Assembly (NCBI GenBank): GCA_050251945.1
Contig: JBFWLW010000005.1
Span: 96,001 to 160,000 of the forward strand
Length of the DNA stretch: 64,000 nucleotides
Reading direction: 5' to 3'
From: Deferribacterales bacterium
GTDB lineage: Bacteria > Chrysiogenota > Deferribacteres > Deferribacterales > Geovibrionaceae
The position numbers and the translations under genes were made by a program. Positions 39,561 through 50,379 of the stretch are shown one piece after another (position 1 is the stretch's first letter; every line of letters starts with the position of its first letter). The notes under the pieces were generated by a model. It made no database searches, was not told the DNA's origin, and was given only the letters and a program-made list of their open reading frames with translations.

Positions 39561-40613
39561 ATGAACATCTGTTTCATCAACTTTAACAAACGCTGGGGCG
39601 GAGTAAAAAGCTGGACTATAGATTACGGACAACAGCTTGTCAGACGCGGGCATAATGTTGTTGCGATAGTACGTCCCGGCACACCGTTCGTTCAGAAATG
39701 CATCGACGCAGGGTTTGAAACCCGCGTTATGCGCCCGGGCATGAAGTATAACCTAGTAACCGTCGCAAAAATATTTTCAATTCTAAAGAGCAGAAAGATA
39801 GATGCAGCAGTGGTTAACATTTCAAAAGATGTGAATATCGGTGCGGTTGCGTGTAAGCTCGCGGGTGTTCCGGTATATCACCGCGTGGGACTGCCTCAGG
39901 ACTATAAAAACACTGCGGAAGAGAAGTTCCTTCACGGACTTATAAAAGGCATAATCGTTCCCAGTCAGGGACTTAAGGACGATATATCAAAGCTGCCGTG
40001 GATGCGTACAGAAATAATAAGCGTCCTTTTCAACAGTAAGGACAGAGCGAAATTTCCGCCTAAAATGCCGTCAGAGCAACAGACGATAACCATAGGTGTT
40101 TCAAGCCAGCTGTCAGTTACGAAAGGGCATATCTATCTGCTGGATGCAGCGAGAATGCTTGCGGACGACGGCGTAAAATTCCGTCTGCGCATAGCCGGAA
40201 CCGGAAGCCATGAGGCACAGCTTAAAGAATACGTCGGCTTACAGGAGCTTAACGATTTTGTCGAGTTCTGCGGGTTTCAAACCGACGTACCTGCGTTTCT
40301 TCAAAGCCTTGATATGTTCGCCCTGCCAAGCCTTGAAGAGAACTTTCCCAATACTCTGCTGGAGGCTATGTTCACGGGACTTCCCTGTGTTGCTTTCAAT
40401 GCCGGAGCTGTTAAGGAGCTCACGGGTGACGCATGCATAGTGCTTGACAAGGGCGATTCAAAGGGGCTTTATGAGGCGATAAGGCTGTATACTGAGCATT
40501 TCGACATAAGAAAGAAATACGGACAGGCGGCACGGAAAAGGTGTCTCGATCTGTTTGACATAGAAAAGAATAGTGAAAAACTTGAACGGATTCTCGGCGG
40601 AGAAGTGATATGA
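39561..40613 (+). CDS. GT4-family glycosyltransferase
   Basis: WGG motif, KGH..LL, LPSLEENFPNTLLEAM..GLP; start ATG 39561 or GTG 39552. Confidence 0.92.
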   Translation: MNICFINFNKRWGGVKSWTIDYGQQLVRRGHNVVAIVRPGTPFVQKCIDAGFETRVMRPGMKYNLVTVAKIFSILKSRKIDAAVVNISKDVNIGAVACKLAGVPVYHRVGLPQDYKNTAEEKFLHGLIKGIIVPSQGLKDDISKLPWMRTEIISVLFNSKDRAKFPPKMPSEQQTITIGVSSQLSVTKGHIYLLDAARMLADDGVKFRLRIAGTGSHEAQLKEYVGLQELNDFVEFCGFQTDVPAFLQSLDMFALPSLEENFPNTLLEAMFTGLPCVAFNAGAVKELTGDACIVLDKGDSKGLYEAIRLYTEHFDIRKKYGQAARKRCLDLFDIEKNSEKLERILGGEVI

Positions 40614-41218
40614 CCATACAGACATCAATAGCTTTTGTTCTCACAATGTCGCTTTTTGTGGCAAGCCCTGGACCCGGTGCGCTGGGTGTTGTTGCGGAAA
40701 GTATGCGCAACGGACTTAAAAGCGCGGTGTATTTTATTCTTGGCATGATAGCCGGCGATATGGTTTATCTGATGTTTGCCGTTTTCGGTCTTGCCGCTGT
40801 CGCATCAATAATGGGTGAGGCTTTCATGTATATCCGCGTAGCCGGTGGCATATATCTCCTTTATCTGGGAGTCAAGTTGCTTTTTTCAAAGGAACAGAAA
40901 GCGCAGAAACCCGCACTGCCGAGCGGAAAGAGCAGGTTTTTCGGTGGTTTTTTCATAACAATAACAAATCCCAAAGTAATAATCTTCTATTGCGGCTTTC
41001 TGCCCAACTTCATGGACTTAACGAAACTGTCATTTGCGGACGCAATGGTAACTGCGGTTCTGGTGGCGTTCGTGATAAGCTGTGTGATGGGCGTCTATGC
41101 CTATGCGGCGCACAGGACAGGCAGGTTTATAAGCGGAAAAGGCGGACGGAATCTGAACCGTGCCGCGGGAGCAGCCCTCATCGGCACGGGTTCTTTTCTT
41201 ATCTTTAAAAGACCTTAA
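40610..41218 (+). CDS. LysE/RhtB-family translocator
   Basis: [23 protein letters not shown]. Confidence 0.92.
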   Translation: MTIQTSIAFVLTMSLFVASPGPGALGVVAESMRNGLKSAVYFILGMIAGDMVYLMFAVFGLAAVASIMGEAFMYIRVAGGIYLLYLGVKLLFSKEQKAQKPALPSGKSRFFGGFFITITNPKVIIFYCGFLPNFMDLTKLSFADAMVTAVLVAFVISCVMGVYAYAAHRTGRFISGKGGRNLNRAAGAALIGTGSFLIFKRP

Positions 41219-43488
41219 ACTCTGAATCTGTTTACGACATCGTGGAGGCTTGCCGCTTCCTGTTCCTGATCGGAAATAGTATTTGATACGTTTGAAAGCG
41301 CTGCGTTGCTCTCTTCGATGCTTGCAGAGATGCTCTGTACGTCGCTGTTCACCGTGTCTATGGTAGTCATCTGTTCAGAAACAGAGTTGTTTATGAAAGT
41401 GTTGGCTTCTTTTATATCCGTAACGGAACTGACTATCGTGTCGAACACGTTTCTTGTCTGTTCCATCATCTGCACACCTTCGTTGACCGAACTTTCCGCT
41501 GAATCCATATTTTTCGTTGCCGATTTTGTTTCTGACTGAAATTCCGTGATGATGGAGTGTATCTCGCCTGTGGCGGACTGTGTGCGCTCTGCCAGCTTGC
41601 GTACCTCATCTGCCACAACTGCGAAACCGCGTCCGGCGTCTCCGGCTCTTGCCGCTTCGATGGCGGCATTCAGCGCAAGCAGGTTGGTCTGGTCTGCAAT
41701 GTCGTTAATAACGTTCACTATGTCCGATATTTTCGCAGATGAATCTGAAAGGTTATGTATGGTTTCGCCCAGTTGCGTTGTTTTCTGCTTAATGTCGCCT
41801 ATCTTGCCGACTGTTTTGTCTATCATGTTTTTCCCGCCGTTGGTTATATTGGCGGCGTTTTCCGCCTTTCCCATTGCGGACTGACAGTTATTCATTATTT
41901 CAACCGTTGTGGCGTTCAGTTCCTCCATCGCAGATGCAACGGATGATATGCTGTGTGCCTGTTCTGCAAAGGTTCCGCTGAGCTGTTCGGTTGTTGTTGC
42001 AAGGTCTGTTGTGCCTTTTGACACAGTGGCGGATGAATGTTGGACTTCGCGGACGATATTGCCCACGTTCTCTATAAATTTATTGAAATAGCCGGACAGA
42101 TCGCCTATCTCGTCGTTTGCCGTGATGGGGATGCGCTGGGTAAGGTCGCCGTCGCCTGTGGCGATATCTTTGGTCACTTTTGTAAGTCCTCGTATTTTGT
42201 CCACGACAAACTTCTTGATGAATATGAGAGCAACCGACGTGAAAACTATTATAAGCACTAAGGCTGTGATGATTATCGTATTTCTGAGCTTATAGGCTCC
42301 TGCAAGGGCTTCGTCTCTGTCCATTTTGACTATGAGTCCCATGTCTGCGCCGAAGAATTTAACAGGCAGATAGGAAGCCATGACGGTTTTGCCGCTGGCT
42401 GATCTGGCAGTTACTGAGCCTGTTTCTCCGCTGACAGCTTTTTTTCCGTAATCCGTATCCACTTTCATGACGGAGACGGTGGTTCCTGCCTTTTTCACTT
42501 CAGGAAATTCCATTGTATCGGCGAATCTGCTGTTACTGCGCATATACCCGTCTTTGCCTATGAGATACGATTCGCCGCTTTTGCCCAGCCCAGCCTCTTC
42601 GTATGCTCCGCCGAAGTTGGTTATATCTGTGATATTGGCAGGATCGAGCTGAAATGCTATGTAGCCGATCTTCTCGTCGTCAACCCTCACGGTTGTTCCT
42701 ACGAATGCGGCGGGAGTGTTCCAGCTTGGCAGGTACGGTGCGAAATCGGAAAAATATACCTTGTCTCCCTCTTCGTTTTCCATGGATGCGAAGAGTTTTC
42801 CGAGACCCGCGTCTTTTATGTATCCTTCTTTAAGGTTGAGCCCCAGATCCATCTCTTTGCTGACTGAGTAGAGAACGTTTCCTTCGTTATCTATGAGATA
42901 GATGTCTTTCAGGTGGAGCTTTTCCATTATACTTCTGAACTGGTGGTGATACTGGGCGTGTGTTGTGCAGTAGGAACAGATATGTTTTGCCCTGTCCAGT
43001 TTCATCCTGTTGTTTACGTCGTTGGGGTTTTCGTATATCATTATCTGCTGAACGAGTTTTCCGGTGTAAGAGGGCGGAAGATATGCCGACGGAGCCTGTT
43101 TCTGCTGTGAGTTCAGTATGCTGAAGTTTATCTTTTCCAGATAGTCCTTTTCGTACATTGAAGAAAGCATAGAATCCAGCTTCGATTCTTCGGTATTGAT
43201 AAACTGCGGAAGTTTTGCGAAACCGTCGGTGAAATCTTCGACGGCGACAAGAGTTCCCTCCTGCGATGCGATGACCTGCAAAGATGCGGAGACGTTTGAC
43301 GAAAACTCTTCGATGGCAAGCTTCTGCGAACGGCTGATGGAATCGAGCTTCTGTGTTGTGGCTTCGGTCAGGCTGTTTATACTGCTGTTCACTGACACCA
43401 GTGTGACGATAAGCCCCAGCATAATAAAGCCGGAAAGGGTTATTAATGACAGTTTTAAACTGATGGATATGCGTTTTTCTTTTTTCAT
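41215..43488 (-). CDS. Methyl-accepting chemotaxis protein (periplasmic Cache-type sensor, HAMP)
   Basis: Two TMs, [53 protein letters not shown]. Confidence 0.96.
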   Translation of the reverse strand: MKKEKRISISLKLSLITLSGFIMLGLIVTLVSVNSSINSLTEATTQKLDSISRSQKLAIEEFSSNVSASLQVIASQEGTLVAVEDFTDGFAKLPQFINTEESKLDSMLSSMYEKDYLEKINFSILNSQQKQAPSAYLPPSYTGKLVQQIMIYENPNDVNNRMKLDRAKHICSYCTTHAQYHHQFRSIMEKLHLKDIYLIDNEGNVLYSVSKEMDLGLNLKEGYIKDAGLGKLFASMENEEGDKVYFSDFAPYLPSWNTPAAFVGTTVRVDDEKIGYIAFQLDPANITDITNFGGAYEEAGLGKSGESYLIGKDGYMRSNSRFADTMEFPEVKKAGTTVSVMKVDTDYGKKAVSGETGSVTARSASGKTVMASYLPVKFFGADMGLIVKMDRDEALAGAYKLRNTIIITALVLIIVFTSVALIFIKKFVVDKIRGLTKVTKDIATGDGDLTQRIPITANDEIGDLSGYFNKFIENVGNIVREVQHSSATVSKGTTDLATTTEQLSGTFAEQAHSISSVASAMEELNATTVEIMNNCQSAMGKAENAANITNGGKNMIDKTVGKIGDIKQKTTQLGETIHNLSDSSAKISDIVNVINDIADQTNLLALNAAIEAARAGDAGRGFAVVADEVRKLAERTQSATGEIHSIITEFQSETKSATKNMDSAESSVNEGVQMMEQTRNVFDTIVSSVTDIKEANTFINNSVSEQMTTIDTVNSDVQSISASIEESNAALSNVSNTISDQEQEAASLHDVVNRFRV

Positions 43489-43595
43489 GGACAAACCTGT
43501 ATCACTATATATTTATAAATCCAGATATTTAAACTTTGAGATTATGTTACTACGCAGAAATAATGTCAATAATAATATAGAACGGTAATTCCAAA

Positions 43596-44312
43596 ATGCA
43601 GAAGACAATAGACCCGATAATAAAAAGCGATATTAAAATATGCCAGCCGGAGAGCGGATTTCGATTCGGAGTGGATTCGGTTTATCTCGCATGGTTTGCT
43701 CAATTATCTGGTAATAAGAAGATTATTGATATTGGTTCCGGCAGCGGCGTTATTGCGGCTTTGCTTGTGAAGCTTAAAGGAATTAAACAATGCGATGCTG
43801 TTGAAATGCAGCCTGTTATGTTTAATTGTCTGGATGAAACTGTGAGACTTTGCGAAATTCAAAACAACGTTAAACAAATGAATGTCGACATAAGGTCATA
43901 CAGACCGGATTTTCAGTACGATGGCGCAGTGTGCAACCCTCCATATCGCGACCCGTCCTCCGGCAGGGTTCCGGCGGATGAAACAGAGCTGAATGCCCGA
44001 TTTACAACCACTTTGACAGCGGATGATATTTTTTCTTTCGCCCGCAGTTTTCTGAAATTCGGCGCAGGGCTGTTTTTAAGTTATGATGCGGACATGATGC
44101 CTGTCCTCTTCGAGTCTGCGATTAAGTTCGGGTTCGAGGCGAAGAGGCTTATGCCGGTTTGTCCGGACATCAATATTAAACCCAAGGTAATACTGATTGA
44201 GTTCCGCAAAGGCGGCAAACGCGAGCTTTCTTTTGAGGCTCCGCTTTACCAGAAGATAAACGGCGTACCTTCGCCAACGCACGAAAATATTTTTTCAGGA
44301 GAATGGATTTGA
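43596..44312 (+). CDS. SAM-dependent N6-adenine methyltransferase, tRNA1(Val) A37 (TrmN6/YfiC)-like
   Basis: QPESGFRFGVDS, DIGSGSG, CNPPY. Confidence 0.85.
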   Translation: MQKTIDPIIKSDIKICQPESGFRFGVDSVYLAWFAQLSGNKKIIDIGSGSGVIAALLVKLKGIKQCDAVEMQPVMFNCLDETVRLCEIQNNVKQMNVDIRSYRPDFQYDGAVCNPPYRDPSSGRVPADETELNARFTTTLTADDIFSFARSFLKFGAGLFLSYDADMMPVLFESAIKFGFEAKRLMPVCPDINIKPKVILIEFRKGGKRELSFEAPLYQKINGVPSPTHENIFSGEWI

Positions 44313-45469
44313 AATACGAAACTTACATAAAAGATACTGCATACGGCGGCTATGGTGTTGGAACCATGCCCGACGGCCGTGTTGTGTTCATACCTCATAC
44401 CGTTGAGGGCGACACTGTCAGCTACCGCGTAGCGGAAGACAAAAAGAATTTTACATACGGCGAGCTTGTGGAAGTGATTGCTGCATCGGATAAACGGGGC
44501 GAGAGCTACTGCCCGCATCTCGGCGTATGCGGCGGCTGCACGTTCGGGCATATAGCTTCGGCTCATCAGATAGATATAAAGAAAAACTTTGTATTGGGAC
44601 AGCTTAAAAGAGCAGGGATAGCGTATCCCGAACCGTCTGTTCTGTCTGCCGATTTAAAAGAATTCAGGAACCGTGCCACTTTCCGTATAAGAAACGGTCA
44701 GATAGGGTTTTTTAAGTTCAAATCAAACGATTTCCTGCCAGTGGACGATTGTCCGCTCATAAAAAAAAGCATAGTTGAAAAGGCGAAAAGTCTGGCATCA
44801 ACCATTAAAGGCAGTCACACTCTTTACATCACAGAGAATGAAGAGGGGATGGCGCTTGGCAGCACGGATGCTTCCGTTTCGGGGCTTTGCGGGTTTTCCG
44901 GACTGGAGACTGCAACAGGTGTCCATGGATTGAAGACCGTTCCCTTCGACACGGAATACGGTACTTTTCATGCCGGATTCGGCACTTTTTTACAGGGAAA
45001 CAGATATCTTTCCGGTCGTTTGCAGGATTTCGTTCATGAGAACTCCGGCGGCAAAAATGCACTGGAGCTGTACTGCGGCGCAGGTTTTCTTACGCTGGCA
45101 CTTGCGAAAAGATGCGAAAAGGTAACGGCTGCTGAGATATCCCGCGAATCAATAGCGCTTGCCAAACGTTCAGAGCTCAAAAACGTCAACTGGGTTGCAG
45201 TGTCTAGTGAAAGTCTCATGGGACGTCTCAGGGACGCATATGACATGATAGTGGTCGATCCGCCAAGAACGGGGCTTGATAAAAAGGTCACCGATTACAT
45301 TAAAACAAGCGGCGCTGAACGGGTCATATATATATCATGCAGTCCCGACACTTTGGCGCGCGATATCAAAAGACTTTCGGAAAAATATCGTGTTGCAAAG
45401 CTCACTGTTGCGGATATGTTTCCCGGTTCATACCATGTGGAGAGCGCGGTTCTGCTGGAGTTGATCTGA
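44303..45469 (+). CDS. RlmD/TrmA-family RNA (uracil-5)-methyltransferase with TRAM domain
   Basis: CPHLGVCGGC, FLQGN, LYCGAG, VDPPRTG, YISCSPDTLARD, DMFPGSYHVE. Confidence 0.92.
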   Translation: MDLKYETYIKDTAYGGYGVGTMPDGRVVFIPHTVEGDTVSYRVAEDKKNFTYGELVEVIAASDKRGESYCPHLGVCGGCTFGHIASAHQIDIKKNFVLGQLKRAGIAYPEPSVLSADLKEFRNRATFRIRNGQIGFFKFKSNDFLPVDDCPLIKKSIVEKAKSLASTIKGSHTLYITENEEGMALGSTDASVSGLCGFSGLETATGVHGLKTVPFDTEYGTFHAGFGTFLQGNRYLSGRLQDFVHENSGGKNALELYCGAGFLTLALAKRCEKVTAAEISRESIALAKRSELKNVNWVAVSSESLMGRLRDAYDMIVVDPPRTGLDKKVTDYIKTSGAERVIYISCSPDTLARDIKRLSEKYRVAKLTVADMFPGSYHVESAVLLELI

Positions 45470-45475
45470 TATCTT

Positions 45476-45985
45476 TCAGGTTTCCTGCAGCCCTTTGCCG
45501 GTCATTATGGCAGCGGTTATCTCTTTAAGGAATCCGGATACTAATTCCAGCTCATCGGAACTGTATGAACTGAGAGCGTCTTTAATGCTGTTAACCGCTT
45601 CTTTGTGAAGTTTTTCATGAATTTCAAAGACCTTTTGTCCGAGAGGCTTTAACCGGAAATAGATCTCTTTCCGGTTTGTCTCTGTCTGATAGGTTTCTAT
45701 CATATTTTTCTTCGCAAGTTTTGCAGTAATTTTTGAAATGCCGCCCTTTGTGATATTCAGATGCTTAGCGATGGCAGTGCTGTTGAACATTTCATTTCGT
45801 CCTATACAGTCGATGGTGTGGCATTCGGCAAGAGAAAGGCTTATGCCGCCCGGTTTTTCAGACCATTCTTTATCGAGGACGTCCATAATTACCTGTATCT
45901 TTAGTTCTTCCTGACTGCTGATATTGTGAATCAGTCCTTCGAGTCTGTTTATTAAATTCTGAAGTTTCTGTTCCCTGTCCTGCAT
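45476..45985 (-). CDS. MarR-family regulator
   Basis: ECHTIDCIG, IAKHLNITKGGISK, NRKEIYFRL..G. Confidence 0.9.
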   Translation of the reverse strand: MQDREQKLQNLINRLEGLIHNISSQEELKIQVIMDVLDKEWSEKPGGISLSLAECHTIDCIGRNEMFNSTAIAKHLNITKGGISKITAKLAKKNMIETYQTETNRKEIYFRLKPLGQKVFEIHEKLHKEAVNSIKDALSSYSSDELELVSGFLKEITAAIMTGKGLQET

Positions 45986-46070
45986 TTCTTCAATCCTTAT
46001 TTTTATATATTATTATCATATATGCTTATTTTATCATACAGCATTAACGGTCATAAAGGCAAATTAAATT

Positions 46071-46150
46071 GTTTCCATGTTTATAAAATATGGTTGACAA
46101 GGAAATAAAAAGCAATTATCTTAATTTTGTTTCCTAGGAAATAAATTTAA
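46071..46150 (+). promoter_or_regulatory. Promoter (TTGACA-N17-TATCTT, 46094-46122) with GTTTCC-N2-GGAAAT-type operators
   Basis: Near-perfect palindrome 46121-46150; related sites at 46071 and 46093, the latter overlapping the -35. Confidence 0.75.
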
Positions 46151-46160
46151 GGAGAGAAAA

Positions 46161-46742
46161 ATGAAAATTGATTTAACAGTAAATGCTGACGAAGGTATCC
46201 GCAGGCTGATTTCAGATAAGACGGCAGGGGATACGATCCCTCCTTATGCGCTGTTCGGACACCTTGGGACTCATTTTGATGTCATGGATAAAACTTTTTC
46301 GCTGGATAACACTGAGAGAAGGGGTTTTTTGTTTGATGTTAGAAATGTAACAGACAAGGAGATAGGAGAGGGTGATATTGATATCGGAAAAATTGATGAG
46401 AATGATTTCGTGATTTTTTACAGCGGCTGTCTGAAAGAACATGGATACGGCACTTCTGAATATATAAAAACTGGTATTGAACTTTCAAACTCATTGATAA
46501 AATTACTGATTGATAAAAGAATCAGTATGATTGGAGTGGATTTTCCGGGAATCCGCAAACAGTCCGAACATGTTCAGGCAGATCAGTATTGTGCAGACAA
46601 CGATGTCTTTGTCATTGAAAATCTGGCTAATCTTGACGTGCTGTGTGAGTCCGCCCACGGGAAAGAATTTCTCGTGCATACGTATCCGCTTAATTTCAGC
46701 GGACTGACGGGGCTTCCGTGTAGAGTTGTTGCGGAGATATAA
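46161..46742 (+). CDS. Cyclase-family (kynurenine formamidase-like) metal hydrolase
   Basis: GHLGTHFD, IGVDF, VIENLANL, GLPCRVVA. Confidence 0.85.
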   Translation: MKIDLTVNADEGIRRLISDKTAGDTIPPYALFGHLGTHFDVMDKTFSLDNTERRGFLFDVRNVTDKEIGEGDIDIGKIDENDFVIFYSGCLKEHGYGTSEYIKTGIELSNSLIKLLIDKRISMIGVDFPGIRKQSEHVQADQYCADNDVFVIENLANLDVLCESAHGKEFLVHTYPLNFSGLTGLPCRVVAEI

Positions 46743-46763
46743 GCGGATGACATCAGAAATTTC

Positions 46764-46802
46764 TTGCTATCAATTCTGTAGCGTGCTATTAAAACAGTAG
46801 CA
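46764..46802 (+). promoter_or_regulatory. Promoter overlapped by tandem TGCTA-N9-TAGC(A/G) operators
   Basis: TGCTATCAATTCTGTAGCG plus TGCTATTAAAACAGTAGCA; TTGCTA-N17-TATTAA. Confidence 0.65.
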
Positions 46803-46831
46803 GTGCTGCGATTAAAACTGAGAGGTGTCTT

Positions 46832-47026
46832 ATGCCAGTATTAACAGTTCAGATCGGTAAAATGACAACCGATAAGAAGAAGGAATTCATTGAGAAGGTT
46901 ACCGCGACCGCATCGGAAGTCACAGGTATCCCTTCTGCATCTTTCACGGTGTTTGTTGACGAGTACGATTATGAAAGCATCGGCGTCGGCGGACAGACCA
47001 TCGCGGAAAAGCATGCCGCAAAATAA
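46832..47026 (+). CDS. 4-oxalocrotonate tautomerase family protein (DmpI-like)
   Basis: 64 aa, catalytic Pro after the initiator Met, IGVGG near the C-terminus; GAGG SD. Confidence 0.92.
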   Translation: MPVLTVQIGKMTTDKKKEFIEKVTATASEVTGIPSASFTVFVDEYDYESIGVGGQTIAEKHAAK

Positions 47027-47042
47027 CTGATAATAAATAATA

Positions 47043-47069
47043 TGCCGCTCTCTCTATCGGAGGGCGGCA
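47043..47069. terminator. Stem-loop after the tautomerase gene
   Basis: TGCCGCTCTC-TCTATCG-GAGGGCGGCA; weak U-tract. Confidence 0.5.
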
Positions 47070-47086
47070 CTGTTTAAGGAGTGCGT

Positions 47087-47455
47087 ATGTCTATTCCGTC
47101 ACCCGGAAAACCTGTCAGAGGCTCACATTCAGGAGCGCCCATCATGGCAATTTTTGATCTTTTGGGCAGAAGCTGGGCAATGGGTATAATCTGGAACCTG
47201 AACGGTCATACCCTGACATTCAGAGAGCTTCAGGAGAGGTGCGAATCTATTTCACCGTCAATACTTAACACCCGTCTGAAAGACCTGCGGAATGCCGACA
47301 TTGTTGAAAGAACTCTGGATGGTTATCAGCTTACGGAAAGGGGCAGGAGCCTGATTCAGCTTCTTTTGCCTTTCGGTGCGTGGTCGCTGAAATGGTCCGA
47401 GGAAGTTTTCGGCTTTACAGACCATTTTGCGTTTAAGAAGAAATCAGATAAGTAA
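47087..47455 (+). CDS. HxlR-family winged-helix regulator
   Basis: DLLGRSW, LTFRELQ..ISPSILNTRLKDL, YQLTERG. Confidence 0.9.
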   Translation: MSIPSPGKPVRGSHSGAPIMAIFDLLGRSWAMGIIWNLNGHTLTFRELQERCESISPSILNTRLKDLRNADIVERTLDGYQLTERGRSLIQLLLPFGAWSLKWSEEVFGFTDHFAFKKKSDK

Positions 47456-48358
47456 TTAATGCCTCAACGAAAGCAGGCTGTTCAGAACAATTCCGCCCAC
47501 TATAAGGAATATGCCCGCAGTTCCCGCTGCATCGGGTACCGCTTCGCCAAGCAGCAGCACGCCGCCCAGAAGAGAAAAGATAACTTCAAAAGCCTGTGTT
47601 GATTCCACCGCCGCAAGCCATCTTATGTTTGTTTTCACCATGTCCGTTGCCTTAAAGAAAAGCAGAGTGGCGATTATCCCGGAGAAAAGTGCCACGAGAA
47701 ACGCCTGAATACTCTGATTTGCCGATGGCGCTCCTTTTGCAAAAAGACCGTAAACGCTTAAACCCAGCCAGAAAGGAACACTGCAAAGGGTCATCCCGTA
47801 TACTCTTTCCGTCGTGGATATTCTGCCGGAGCATACCGACATCATTTTTCTGTTGCCCAGCGGATACGCAAATGAGGCAATCAGTATCGGCACCAGTGTA
47901 TAAAGTGCGGAAGCTGTGTCCAGCTCATGTGTTACGCGCGTCTGGAGTATAAAAACGCCTGTGAGAATGACGGCGGAAGCCGCAAGGTTGCGCATTGATA
48001 TCTTTGTGTTGAACAGCGGCGAAAGCAGTATGCCGGAAGTAATGGTTATTTGCCATGATGATGCCACAAGCCACGCTTCGCCGTGATCTCCCGCGAAGGT
48101 CAGCGGGGCGTAGAACAGACCGAACCCTGCCGTACTCCACAAAAGCCATTGTTTCGGCATGCTGACGATTGCAGAGTGGACGTTTCTGAATCCGTAACGT
48201 TTTCCAACTATAGCCGCGAGTATCGGCAATGTGAAAAGGTAGCGCAGGCTGGCGCTCCACACCCAGTTTCCGCCGGATAAATGCATGCTTTTGTTCAGAA
48301 CGAAAGTGAACGCGAAGAAAAACGCACCCGCTATGCCAAGAATAACAGCTTTTTTCAT
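47456..48358 (-). CDS. DMT-superfamily putative multidrug efflux membrane protein
   Basis: About ten TMs; WSASLRY, GFGLFYAPL, AYPLGNRKMM, AVESTQ..EV. Confidence 0.85.
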   Translation of the reverse strand: MKKAVILGIAGAFFFAFTFVLNKSMHLSGGNWVWSASLRYLFTLPILAAIVGKRYGFRNVHSAIVSMPKQWLLWSTAGFGLFYAPLTFAGDHGEAWLVASSWQITITSGILLSPLFNTKISMRNLAASAVILTGVFILQTRVTHELDTASALYTLVPILIASFAYPLGNRKMMSVCSGRISTTERVYGMTLCSVPFWLGLSVYGLFAKGAPSANQSIQAFLVALFSGIIATLLFFKATDMVKTNIRWLAAVESTQAFEVIFSLLGGVLLLGEAVPDAAGTAGIFLIVGGIVLNSLLSLRH

Positions 48359-48466
48359 TGCAGTTGCTATATCACAAAATAACATACGAAATCAATTTGA
48401 ACGTTATGCGGTATTGACAGCGACAATTAAAAAGGTTACTGATTTATAGCAATTTAGAGGGGCTGG

Positions 48467-50269
48467 ATGGGAAAAAGAACAGGATTGTCTGCACTTATCG
48501 CGTTTACGCTTGTTTATCACCTTTTGTTTTTCAGGCACGCAATGCCTGTTCAGGAAGGCTGGTTTCAGCTTTTCGGCGGGAAGATACTCAACGGGCAGGT
48601 GCCTTATAAGGATTTTTATTCTTTTCTCCAGCCGGTTTATCTGTATGTTCATGCGTTTCTTATAAGTTTGTTCGGCGACGGCTTTATCGTCGGACGGATT
48701 TACGGCATCTTCGAGCGCATACTGCTGCTTTCGTCCGCGTACCTTTTGCTGACAAGATTTTTTGAACCGAAACACGTCCTTATTGCACTGGTTACGTCTC
48801 TGATGGTTTATTCCAGTACGACCACCGACCTTATCCTGTCATATTACCAGCTCTGCGTTGCGTTTGCTCTGCTATCCTGCTATTTCGCATCGTTTTATAT
48901 AGTTGATCTTTTCTCCCGTGCGTCGCTCAGACTGCTCTTTCTCGGCGGAATATTCGGCGGGCTGAGCTTTCTTACCAAACAGTCCACAGGACTTTTTGTT
49001 CCGTTCGCGATATTCATAGTGATAGTTCTGCAGGCGGTCAAAACAAGGAAACTCGCAGGAGTGACGGTTTACGTCCTTGGCGGCTTGCTTCCGATAGCCT
49101 TGTTTATGCTGTTTCTGCACAGACATGGTGCTGTGGCGGACTATTTCACGCAGGTTTTCGGCGGCACATCCAGCAAAGGTTCAATATCCGATATCTTGTT
49201 CAGCTTTTTTTCAAGGGCTTTTATACCGAAATACCTTATTCCCTTTTTCTTAATAACCGCTCTGATGGTGTCTCTGCGAACTGCTCTGGTAAAACTGCTG
49301 CCGATGCGGACTGAGTCTGACGGTAATTTGAGCAGGCTTGAGATGTTTGCCGTGTTTGCGGCGTTCTGTCTTGCTCCTGTTCTTCTGTATATCGGTATTG
49401 ATCTCTGGTCAGGGCTGTACAGCGCATGGCATATCAGAGACTGGTTCTATGAGGTTAAACTGCAGATAGTCTTTTATACTTTCTTTTTTATTATCTGTTA
49501 TTTCTTTTATTACGCAGGCAGGATGGTCTTTGTTTACGAATACGACCGGATTGTTGTTTTCAAGGCTCTTGTGAGTGCCGTGGGGCTTGCAGTCATGTAC
49601 GCGCACGGGCTTTCGTTCACCATTGAAGAACACTCTGTGATCCCGTCCATGGTGATAATGCTTGTTTTCCTGTTTTCAATGGATTATCCGTTTGTCAGAA
49701 TCAAGAATATCGTGCTTTACTCCCTTTGTTTCCTGATAATCCTGTTTTCGGCGGCACAGAAATTCCAGTGGGTTTATTCATGGTGGGGATGGGAGGAAGG
49801 TTCCGTTGCCGCTTCCAACGAAAGATGCAGTGTGCCGAAACTTGAAGGCTTTCTGCTTTCGCCGGAAGAAAACCGGATATATAAGAGTATTTACGATATA
49901 GTAACCGGAAATACCACCGAAAAAGACCCTATATATGTTTTTCCGCATATGGCTCTTTTATACGTTCTGACGGAAAGAGGCTACAGCACCCGCAACTTTT
50001 TGCATTATTTCGACGTTTGTCCTGATAAAGCGGCTGAAGATGATGCGGAAGTTCTTTCTGAAAACCCTCCCAAGGTCATAGTATACATGGATTTTCCTGA
50101 AGATGCATGGAAAATTCACGAGGTCTATTTCAGAGGCGGAAAGAGAAGCGGACAGAGAAAAATAGATGAAACGGTCAAAAAAATGACGGCACGTGATTAT
50201 ATTCTTGCTGATTCATTTTTGACCCCGGGTTACGGATATCCGCTGAACGTTTGGGTCAGAAAAAATTAG
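48467..50269 (+). CDS. Multi-pass membrane protein, GT-C (ArnT/RgtA-like) glycosyltransferase fold
   Basis: EGW..G..ILNGQVPYKDF..QP, LTKQSTG, many TMs and a soluble C-terminal domain. Confidence 0.6.
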   Translation: MGKRTGLSALIAFTLVYHLLFFRHAMPVQEGWFQLFGGKILNGQVPYKDFYSFLQPVYLYVHAFLISLFGDGFIVGRIYGIFERILLLSSAYLLLTRFFEPKHVLIALVTSLMVYSSTTTDLILSYYQLCVAFALLSCYFASFYIVDLFSRASLRLLFLGGIFGGLSFLTKQSTGLFVPFAIFIVIVLQAVKTRKLAGVTVYVLGGLLPIALFMLFLHRHGAVADYFTQVFGGTSSKGSISDILFSFFSRAFIPKYLIPFFLITALMVSLRTALVKLLPMRTESDGNLSRLEMFAVFAAFCLAPVLLYIGIDLWSGLYSAWHIRDWFYEVKLQIVFYTFFFIICYFFYYAGRMVFVYEYDRIVVFKALVSAVGLAVMYAHGLSFTIEEHSVIPSMVIMLVFLFSMDYPFVRIKNIVLYSLCFLIILFSAAQKFQWVYSWWGWEEGSVAASNERCSVPKLEGFLLSPEENRIYKSIYDIVTGNTTEKDPIYVFPHMALLYVLTERGYSTRNFLHYFDVCPDKAAEDDAEVLSENPPKVIVYMDFPEDAWKIHEVYFRGGKRSGQRKIDETVKKMTARDYILADSFLTPGYGYPLNVWVRKN

Positions 50270-50379
50270 TTTATGTAGTGTGTGGAAACATTGTGTGCAG
50301 TTTCCCTGAAACTTGTTCAATTATATTGAAATCACATATCTATAATTATCAATAGTTTACCATCTGTTTTATATAGCGC

